Assembly (NCBI GenBank): GCA_049999805.1
Contig: JBNGIO010006370.1
Coordinates: 497,212-555,804 of the forward strand
DNA from: Folioceros fuciformis
Lineage: Eukaryota
Reading direction: 5' to 3'
Length of the DNA: 58,593 nt
Below the pieces are notes generated by a model that saw only the letters and a list, made by a program, of their open reading frames with translations, made no database searches and was not told the origin of the DNA. Positions 1 to 8,732 of this stretch are shown piece after piece. Positions within the stretch are counted from its first letter, which is position 1. Every line of letters begins with the position of its first letter. Position numbers and translations under genes: made by a program.

Positions 1-227
1 CTAATGACCCTAACAAGCCCATGAGTGAGGATGAATTATCCCATCCAAAAGATTATGGACCTAACGAACCTATGGATGAGGCAAGTTTAAGCAAACTTGA
101 AGAAGAAGCTTTAAATGGCCTTCATTTAGCAAGGATGAGTGACAATAGTCATGATCAAGAAGCCTTTAATAGTGGATGTAGAAGTTTAGATGAATTGAAG
201 GCTCTACTTAGAGGTTACAACAAATAA
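1..227 (+). CDS. 3' end of a paralog of the PLATZ tail-repeat gene at 5024-6327 (5' part lies outside the window)
   Basis: ORF 21..227 (PNEPMDEASLSKLEEEALNGLHL...CRSLDELKALLRGYNK) aligns with the end of ORF 5024..5608 (PSKPMYKAKLSKLEKGALKGL...CRSLDELKALLRHWGK) on the opposite strand. Confidence 0.65.
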   Translation, partial: NDPNKPMSEDELSHPKDYGPNEPMDEASLSKLEEEALNGLHLARMSDNSHDQEAFNSGCRSLDELKALLRGYNK

Positions 228-1020
228 ATTTTGGTTGTGAACTTCACATATCAAATGTTTAGAGATAAAAATAGCAAGAACGCGTTCCTCTCTAGAATTT
301 TATGGTAGTTTTAGACGTATAGTGTTTTTTTTATTGTTTTAGAGCTATAGGGTAGGTTTTAGATTTTTGATCCACAACATATAGTTTAAGGTTTACACTC
401 TATAGCAAAACAGTGTGTTATCAAGTTGTGCTTTCATCCTCTGACTCCTTGATATGTGAATGCGGAAACATTATTTAAAACCGAGATACAAAAACTCATT
501 TATCTTGAAAAAGGGGAAAAAATGGCTACAAAAAGTCGGTACGGCTGGAGAGGACTAAAGCCCAAGGCCTTCTAGTCTCAAGCTATTCTTTGCACCTAAA
601 ACAACATTATTAGGAAGGTGGAAGAGTTTGCATCGAAGCCATGAAGCCACGTTACTTGTGGTGGTCGTTATTTTGTAAATCGTATTGCTAAACACGATGG
701 GCGCGTGTTATCAACAAAGGGCCGTCTTTCCTATGCCCTATGTTAACTAATATTAGGACAAATGTAGGCTATAGTTCTCAATTCTTCACTAGGCGAAAGC
801 AACATCACAGCGGAGGTTCATGGAAAGAGTCTTAGCTATTGCATTTCTTCTCCTTGGTCCACGAACGCCATAGACTACACAATTCTAGAGAGTACCATAT
901 TGGGGCGTTAAATTGCACAGTGGCTACTACACCACTACATTTGAGAGTAGTTTGACACATGTTTTGTAACATTTTTGTAATGATATTTGTCACAAGTTGT
1001 AACATAATGCAACGCTTTTC

Positions 1021-1060
1021 TAATGACCTAGGTTCGGGTTCTAATGACCTAGGTTCGGGG
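1021..1060. repeat. Short tandem duplication (taatgacctaggttcggg x2)
   Basis: Seen directly; period 21 bp. Confidence 0.8.
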
Positions 1061-1429
1061 CCTGTAACCTTGGGTGGGTCTATCCCTTATACTAATTTGC
1101 ACCTCCCCTTCCAAAACTCCAACATAATGTAGCAAAGTACATTACATGGTATTACCACCAAAGAGTCATTACCCGTTACAAACAAGTTTGTACCACTGGT
1201 TGTTACACATTTCTAGGTTTGGTGCGAAACCTGTTAATCATGTTTTACCATGGTTTACATCCTTTCTCTTGTCCTCAATGCACTTTCAACAAGGCCTGAT
1301 CAAAACGGTCGGATTTCGTCATTTCTAGCTTTGTTGGATTTGGATGTTTAAATTTTGTGTCATGTATCCACATTTATGTACATTTATTTCTGGTGTTGCG
1401 TAAACCTGTAGAAAAAACACGTCTCGTAC

Positions 1430-1590
1430 TAAACACATGTATCTACCTTTCTTGCACATTAACACACTTGCGTATCTACCTTTATTGCACATGTATCTAC
1501 CTTTATTGCACATGTATCTACCTTTATTGCACATCAACACACTTGTGTTTTTGCCTTTATTGCAAATCAACACACTTGCGTATTTGCCTC
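1430..1590. repeat. Minisatellite, ~21-bp core tatctacctttattgcacatg with longer variant units
   Basis: About 5-6 imperfect copies. They produce the spurious repetitive ORFs 1325..1618, 1357..1875 and 1437..1685. Confidence 0.85.
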
Positions 1591-1599
1591 TGGTCAGAG

Positions 1600-2909
1600 A
1601 GTGCCGGTCTACTAGCACACTCGGAACGGACTACTCAAATGTCTATTTTTTCATCAGCTATCGTAATTTCCTCAAGAGAGACTAACGGGTTCAATTCGAA
1701 ATGCAGAAACCAGTGGAGATTATGGACTTGGAGTCCTTACCGAAACCCTTATAGGATTTTGTTTATTCGGCGAAGAATTGGAAAAGGATGGAAGAAAAGA
1801 AGCAAAAATTGGCCGACGCAGATATGGACGCGAGCTTATCTAACTTTAGAGTATTGGCCAATAACACGAAGTTAAATAGCAAGTTATTCAACGAAATGTT
1901 CTAGAAATGAAGGCATTTCTAGTGAAACTCCCGTACACGCTATTATTTGCAGACTTGCCTCGTGGGGTTCAGCGACATGAGTATGATAAGCATATGAATA
2001 TCGTAGAGTTGGATAAAATGATTCGAGGATTTAGCGAATGCATGTCGAGTACCATATTAAGAGTTATTCTCATGCATAGAGTTGATCTCATTTTAGAAGC
2101 AAGAGAGGTGCTACAACCATGGTGCAAAAAAGGGAGTATACAAACTTTGATATGGGAGAAGACAAACATACCCGCAAATGCAGGGTTTAGTTGAAACTGT
2201 TGAATATTTAACTGTGGGTAGTGTAGTGCAGACCGAGGCCCACAAGTCCAAGGCACCACTATTTGCGAATTAAGGGTTTCTCTTACCATGGGTTATAAGG
2301 CATGGAGCAATGGTGAAGAACCACCTATTTCATTTTGCAAATGCTCATGTTATCTCTTTTATACCAAAAACCATTGGGGCTGATGAGTATGCTTGTCAAT
2401 ATGTTGTCCTCATAGGGCGACCGGGTGGTTGATGTATGCGCAAGCTCTAGGTCTCTTCTCTAGAGTGCAATTCAAAATAGAAGGCATGCCGTTGCAATCG
2501 ATTTCAACGTTAGGTGCAATACATACATTATGCAACGGATTATGGGTCAAGGTTCTTTGCCTAACTCTGATGAAGAGATAACCACAAAATCCTTCACACA
2601 CGGACCATCAAAGTTTTATGCAAAAGAAGTGTGCGGGGATGGTAACGTTGATTGCAAAATGCTGGTTTATAATCTGTTAGGGAAGAAAAGTGAGGTCTTG
2701 AAAGTAATGATAGGCTAGCAGAGGACCTTTACGCCATTACGGTGTGGGATGAGAATGGCACTATACTGCCCCAAATAGTGGACGACCCACACTTTTTTGT
2801 GGTGGAGGTGGAAGGCGATGACTTTGGCGATACGCAAGCTCAACGGCTAAGAGAGTTAGATGTAGTAGTTGATTCAGAGGCAAACCAGGATGACCCTATT
2901 TTTGTGTGA
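1600..2909 (+). pseudogene. Decayed beta-class N6-adenine/N4-cytosine DNA methyltransferase (N6_N4_Mtase-like), with N-terminal extension and acidic C-terminal tail
   Basis: Joining frames gives KLFNE/VLEMKAFLVKLPYTLLFADLPRG (motif III-IV-like, ~1881-1966), IWEKTN (2150), VEYLTVG (~2199), YQKPLGLMSMLVNML (2362) and *GDRVVDVCASSRSLL*SAIQNRRHAVAIDFN (motif I-II-like, 2413-2508). The catalytic motif precedes the SAM-binding motif, as in beta-class enzymes. At least 3 frameshifts and several TAG/TAA stops. Confidence 0.75.
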
Positions 2910-3340
2910 GGAGTTCATGATAAACGTCGTGACCATTTTGATATGCTACTATTATTAACATTAATAGATACATGCGTCTACATGTTTGGACTACGCATTG
3001 TGTTAATGAACCTTAATGTTGTATTCAATGAACAAAATGGTCTCTATGATTAGAGAGTGCGCCATCAGACCAGCACGCCAAATTTGAGATACTCAAAATA
3101 TCAAGTTTTTTAACAGATCCTCATGATGTGGACTCAGTAGTTTTTCGTGACCGTCATGCAATTGGAACATAATATGAATGAAGACATGTCGACCGTCTCA
3201 ATGTTTTGAAAGAAAGAAAAAACGTAGATAAACAGCACAGATCGAACCCAGTTCAAAGTGCACCAAATGGGCTTTGTGGAATCCGACTATTTTGATCAAA
3301 CCTTGTTTTCCATTAAAATATGAGTGTTTTATCTAGTGCT

Positions 3341-3440
3341 NNNNNNNNNNNNNNNNNNNNNNNNNNNNNNNNNNNNNNNNNNNNNNNNNNNNNNNNNNNN
3401 NNNNNNNNNNNNNNNNNNNNNNNNNNNNNNNNNNNNNNNN
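3341..3440. other. Assembly gap (100 N)
   Basis: N run; ttatctagtgct is duplicated on both flanks. Confidence 0.99.
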
Positions 3441-3694
3441 TTATCTAGTGCTCATTTATGTTTTCTTGTCTGCCATGCATTTATTGGGCGTATGGTGTTT
3501 TTTAAATTTTTGCTACAAGTATTGACAATGTATCGTGTACAAAAACTATTTTATTTGAGGCTCATATACTAGGTACATAGGTCTGTCCCTTTTCACTTTC
3601 ATACAGCACACATGTGTTGTTTAACATGTCAATTTCACCCAATTGACGTTTCTTTGGTAAACATTTTTTTCCTACTGAAAATATGCACTACCCT

Positions 3695-3847
3695 TGTTCA
3701 AGGTACCCGTCACCCCTTGTGTTCACACAGTTGGTTAGCTCTGCACCTACACACATTGTAGGTAGCAGAGTGTTCAAGGTACCCGTCACCCCTTGTGTTC
3801 ACACAGTTGGTTAGCTCTCCACCTACACACATTGTAGGTAGCAGAGT
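3695..3847. repeat. 76-bp tandem duplication
   Basis: tgttcaaggtacccgtcaccccttgtgttcacacagttggttagctct...gtaggtagcagagt occurs at 3695 and 3771. Confidence 0.9.
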
Positions 3848-3999
3848 TCCCCCTCTATGATGACCTCGTTCTTGCACTTGTCCATTTGCACCTCTTGTCA
3901 CTGCTAACCCAATGTTTTCCTTCTCTGTGAGCCCCGTTACTTCCATGTCTCTACCTTTCACTCCACATCCCACACCATCGTGACATTGGGGACTAATAT

Positions 4000-4783
4000 T
4001 TGCAGCTCCTATGGTAGTCCTCATTCTTAGGACCAATCTTCTACTTGATCAACCAAAAGGCTACCTCATGAGGTAGCTACCTTAACCACGTCACCTCTCC
4101 AATAGCATGTACAGGTAAACCACCCTTAAAGATCACATCTCTCCTTCCCCTACTCTAGAAGAGACAAAGTCTGCTCAGTCTAGTTCAAAGGAAATAAATT
4201 GATCTCTCGGATCCAAGTCCCCCACCCCGCTATTCATAGAATGAGCTCCCTACATGCAATTAGTGACTTCCATATGTTGCAACAACACCTGCTTCACCAC
4301 TACATCCATTCCCTCCTATAGCCATGCAAAGATAAATCTAACATGCCGAGCTGAAATTGCAAACTCCACCTTTACTTCCTTCACATCTTTCCGAAATTTT
4401 TTTGCTCTGTTCTACGAGTTGGAACAACCCTTTCTAACTTGCTTAGCTAAAGATTTGGAAGCAATATACCCGCGGAACAAAATCTTCAGCCATGTGTCCC
4501 TTGAATTCCAGAGTCGAGTGCCTAATGCATCACCCATGCAAAAAGGGTTAGCCAAGATAAGAAATGCTTTGACCTCCAAGTAATTGCTCCATATGATTTG
4601 AGGAGCAATCCTTGGTATCTAGCAATGGCTTGTTGGCTAAGATGTTGTCAATTGATGTTCATCCTTAAAATACCGCTTGGGTTTGATGCAAGTGCTAGGT
4701 TTGGAGGGTTTTCCATGGGAACCAAGATGGGTTGGCAGCCTTAATTACCCACTAGGCATGCAGCATTTTCATCTTGCTAGTGG
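4000..4783 (-). mobile_element. Possible degenerate LINE ORF2 (post-RT region) fragment
   Basis: The minus strand near 4780-4700 reads KMLHA*WVIKAANPSWFPWK, resembling the 'AL..KW.....PW' segment downstream of the RT in plant LINEs. Many stops; extent approximate. Confidence 0.3.
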
Positions 4784-4883
4784 NNNNNNNNNNNNNNNNN
4801 NNNNNNNNNNNNNNNNNNNNNNNNNNNNNNNNNNNNNNNNNNNNNNNNNNNNNNNNNNNNNNNNNNNNNNNNNNNNNNNNNNN
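4784..4883. other. Assembly gap (100 N)
   Basis: N run. Confidence 0.99.
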
Positions 4884-5023
4884 ACGCTACCATATGAGTT
4901 AACGAAAGCATAGCCCTAAAATCTACTCCACAAGAAGTTGACCAACACCTCTTGCAACCTCTTCAACGTGCTCTTAGTAGTTTCATTTCTTGATATTTGA
5001 GATGTGAAATGCTCAATTGAGCT

Positions 5024-6327
5024 CTATTTACCCCAATGTCTAAGGAGAGCCTTCAATTCATCTAAACTTCTACAAATAGGGTTGTTGCCTGGTTGATTGT
5101 TATCATGGTGACTAGTACTTGCCAAACGATGGAGACCTTTCAAAGCTCCTTCTTCAAGTTTGCTTAGCTTACGACTATCATGACTAGTGCTTGCCAAAAG
5201 ATGGAGACCTTTCAAAGCTCCTTCTTCAAGTTTGCTTAGCTCACAACCATCATGACTAGCACTTGCCAAAAGATGGAGACCTTTGAAAACTTCTTCTTCA
5301 AGTCTGCTTAACTTTTGACCACCAGAGCTCACCAAATGTACAAGACCTTTCAAAGCTCCTTTCTCAAGTTTACTTAGCTTTGCCTTATACATAGGTTTGC
5401 TAGGGTCATAATCTTCTAGGTGGGATAACCCATCCTCTTTCAAGGACTCCTTTGGGTCATTACAATCTCCATGGAACTCATTTTCATGTAAGGGCTCGTT
5501 TGGGTGATTAGCTTCTCCTTCAAACTTATCCTTATTTACAGGCTCATTAGGGTTATAAGCCTTTGCTTCATATAACTCGTCCTTATCATTTGTTTTAGGT
5601 TTCTTCAAGTGTATTGTATTCTCCGTTTCTGGAATTGAAACAAAAAAGATTCATAAGTGCATTATCACATAATCTATAAATATTTTTATCAACATCTTTT
5701 TGACATTTTAGCATGCGCACAAAGCAAAAACATGAGACTATTACCTGTGATTGCAATAATGTTGTTAAAAGACCTATTTGCCCGTGTGGTATCATCATCA
5801 AAAGAAGATGTGCTACACCTCCTTTTCCTTGGTACATTGCAATTCATTCTAAACCCTTCAAAGCCAAGATGCATAAGCTTGCAATTGAGACTACAATAAG
5901 TATTCAAGCTCTTACATCCTTTGGAACCAACAAAAGAGTGATGTGTCAATTTGCTTGTTGTAGTTGTATATGTCAAATCTTGTATTTTGGGAGATAAAAG
6001 TGTGTGCTCCTTGTTGTTACACTTGAAAGTACTAATATCCCCAATATAGAGCATAGGTGCTAAAAGAGATTGAATATCTGAAGTGTAGATACCAAAACGT
6101 CGATTGACTTTTCTAACAGTCAGTACTTCGTGCTCTGCATGTAAATTCTTGCTACATTCGCTGCAAAATGGAGTAACCTGGCATTGAATGCAAAACTTGT
6201 TGCATCTTAACTTTTCTATATGAGGGTGCAATGGGCACACTTTATGATAATCATGCTCAAGAAATATTGGCAACCAATCAGGTTGGCGCCATATGAGCTC
6301 GGCTAGAGTTTCAGAAGAGGAATACAT
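5024..6327 (-). CDS. Divergent PLATZ zinc-binding transcription-factor-like protein with repetitive C-terminal tail (exons 6327-5745 and 5628-5024)
   Basis: PDWLPIFL followed by C-x2-H-x11-C-x2-C-x5-C-x2-C-x4-H-x2-H (canonical PLATZ site 1) and YCSLNCKL. A GT-AG intron at 5744..5629 (acag|gtaata ... ttttttgtttcaattccag|aa) joins ORF 5689..6339 in frame to ORF 5024..5608. Confidence 0.75.
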
Positions 6328-6699
6328 TTCTTCGTACAAATACCTACAAAATTCAATATAAAAATAATATTTTAAGTTATCAAGATTATAAAAACAATAA
6401 TATTTTAAATTACTAGGATAATATTAACAAATATTTGGAGGTAACAAGGTGAACTAGCATAAAGCTCATGTCTGACACCATACGCACAAATTAGCTTAGT
6501 GTCTACGTAGTTGTTTCGTAACTAGATTGATTACAACTATACCTTAATTGACCAAGTCGTGAAGGTAGCAAATAGGACCAGCAAAATTAATATACCTCTA
6601 GCATTCTTAGTTAAGAGACACCAAGCAAACACCTTGGTGGGCTTTTATAGAGCCGTAAGATGGAAGATGCTTATAGATGGCTCCATAAGAAAGACCGAG

Positions 6700-6880
6700 T
6701 TTCTTAGTTGACAAACAAAGTTGTTCCTAGTTGACAAATATAGTTATTTTTAGTTGACAAATATAATTATTTTTAGTTGACATATATAGCTATTGTTCTT
6801 TGTTGACAAATATAGTTGTTGGTAGTTGACATATATAGCTGTTCTTAGTTGACAAATATAGCTGTTCTTAGTTGATAAAT
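6700..6880. repeat. ~23-bp tandem array (tagttgacaaatatagttgttct) upstream of the PLATZ gene
   Basis: About 8 imperfect copies, nearly all carrying TTGACA. Confidence 0.9.
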
Positions 6881-7241
6881 AAATCTATTTCCTATATGAA
6901 CATAAAATGAATCTAATTATATGTAAATGGTGAATGGTTTCATGGGAAGGGCTTTAGTCACATGATATAGCTAATCTACATCAATGCTATTCTGAGAGTT
7001 ATGGCATATGAGTTTAATAGTATGATTGAAAATAGTAATGTTAAGCTTGCACTACAAGCCTAAGAGAAGTCCTTTACACGTTTCGAGAAGAGTATACCAA
7101 TATAGTACTACAATATACCAATATAGTACTACAATATAGATCTCTTGCCTTGCCTTTCTATAAGTGTGATCATAAATCCCAAAATGTATGGTAACCATCC
7201 GTCTTAGATTCTACTCTTTCTATCATCCCTTCCCGTAAACT

Positions 7242-7341
7242 NNNNNNNNNNNNNNNNNNNNNNNNNNNNNNNNNNNNNNNNNNNNNNNNNNNNNNNNNNN
7301 NNNNNNNNNNNNNNNNNNNNNNNNNNNNNNNNNNNNNNNNN
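7242..7341. other. Assembly gap (100 N)
   Basis: N run. Confidence 0.99.
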
Positions 7342-8500
7342 AGTGGAGATTTTGACACCAGCGGCATTTTTTGGGAGTTGAGCCCTTTCGACTCCTACTC
7401 CTATTTTGGCTTCCTGTTGTCTCATTCACCATGCTTGCATTTTGGAATCTTTTGTCGTTAGTATTGAGGAGGGTGATCTCCCTTTGCAGGTGTTCCCAAG
7501 ATCGGCTAGGGATGCTCTTTCTTCTACGGCTATGATTGCTATGCTTCAATTTTTATCTATGCTTGTGGTGGGTATTTGGGGGCTCCAAGCTTCTCTTCTT
7601 AAGAAGGAATACGAGTAGATGCAGCTTAATATTCTTCAAGATTCTTCTATCCCCAAGCCCGTCCAAGCATGGCTCCATTCATGCTTAGGCTCTTGGCTCA
7701 ACCTAGCATCTAGGCTTTTTGAATCGTACCAATCACATTCTCTATTGTGATAAGGTTTCACCTTGGTTTGATCCAACTGTTGGCTTGCTCGAGCTCTCTG
7801 CTCTTGCATTTGTGGGGCAAGTCTAAACAACTTCGGTACTCATCTTGCACATTGTTCAAGTGGGGGTTAACGGATTGCTACGTAGGATGTCGTGCGAGAT
7901 GTCATGTTTTCGTAGGCCAAAGAGGTTGGCTTTTTGTCCTTTAGGGAGTGCTTGTACACTACTTAATGACCTTTCTCTTTAAGCTGACCTTTTCCTCATT
8001 CAAGGAGATCAACAAGTTGCGGACATGGTTGTAACTGATCCCACATGGGTCACAGTCTGCGAGCATGTTATTGGTTGTAACTGATCCCACATGGGTCAGA
8101 GTCTGCGAGCATGTTATTCTCAACTCTCTAGGTTGGGTGGCTGAGGGAAGTGCATCGTCCAAGGTTCACAAGTACGGTCCTCTACAGGCTAGAGACACTT
8201 TATCCCCCTTGCCATTGAGATCCACGGGGCCATGGGCAAGGCCTTTTCCAAGTTTTTGAAGTCTTGCGCCAAGGCGGTTCACAATAAAAGAAAGAAAGCA
8301 GTTGGTCTCTAGAGATCTTTGATATCTTTTCGCATATTTTTGGAAGAGGGTTTCTATTGTTCTATAGTTAGCGTTGAATAATGCTCTATACAAGATGACA
8401 ACATTGGCAGGAGAGGTGGAGTTAGCAACCATGGTGGTAGGTAGAGCCTTTCTCCTCCAAGACCTAATGATACAGATACTATAGGTAGTCATTAAGCTTC
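7342..8500 (-). mobile_element. Degenerate retrotransposon gag-like relic
   Basis: Broken minus-strand ORFs end in RSRSRKGSTPKKCRWCQNLH, the start of a zinc knuckle cut by the gap. Segment ~8100-8180 is homologous to ~21280-21360. Internal ~45-bp duplication at ~8027-8117. Confidence 0.45.
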
Positions 8501-8644
8501 ATGGTTTATCTCTTTCTCTAGAGGTAGATAAGTTTCTCTATCTTGTTCTTCTTAAATAAATAAATAATTCTTCTTTCTACAAGTCATTGATGATAGAAAG
8601 GAATTCTCCCTATAATGTCTTCCATCGCACACCATGTCCATAAA

Positions 8645-8648
8645 AGAC

Positions 8649-8682
<34 letters not shown>

Positions 8683-8732
8683 AGACTATATATAAAATAT
8701 ATATTAATATATCAATATACATAATACATATT
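8645..8732. repeat. (TA)n-rich microsatellite overlapping the PPR1 stop codon
   Basis: Seen directly. Confidence 0.9.

Noticed and set aside
932-950. CACTAC as a possible CACTA terminal repeat
   Set aside because: No matching inverted terminus or transposase was found in the window.
1325-1875. Cys/His-rich repetitive ORFs
   Set aside because: They are translations of a 21-bp minisatellite.
3329-3452. Direct repeat flanking the N gap as a target-site duplication
   Set aside because: It is more likely a scaffolding overlap artefact.
6700-6880. CRISPR-like array or bacterial -35 boxes
   Set aside because: There are no unique spacers and no cas genes, and the context is eukaryotic; it is a plain tandem repeat.
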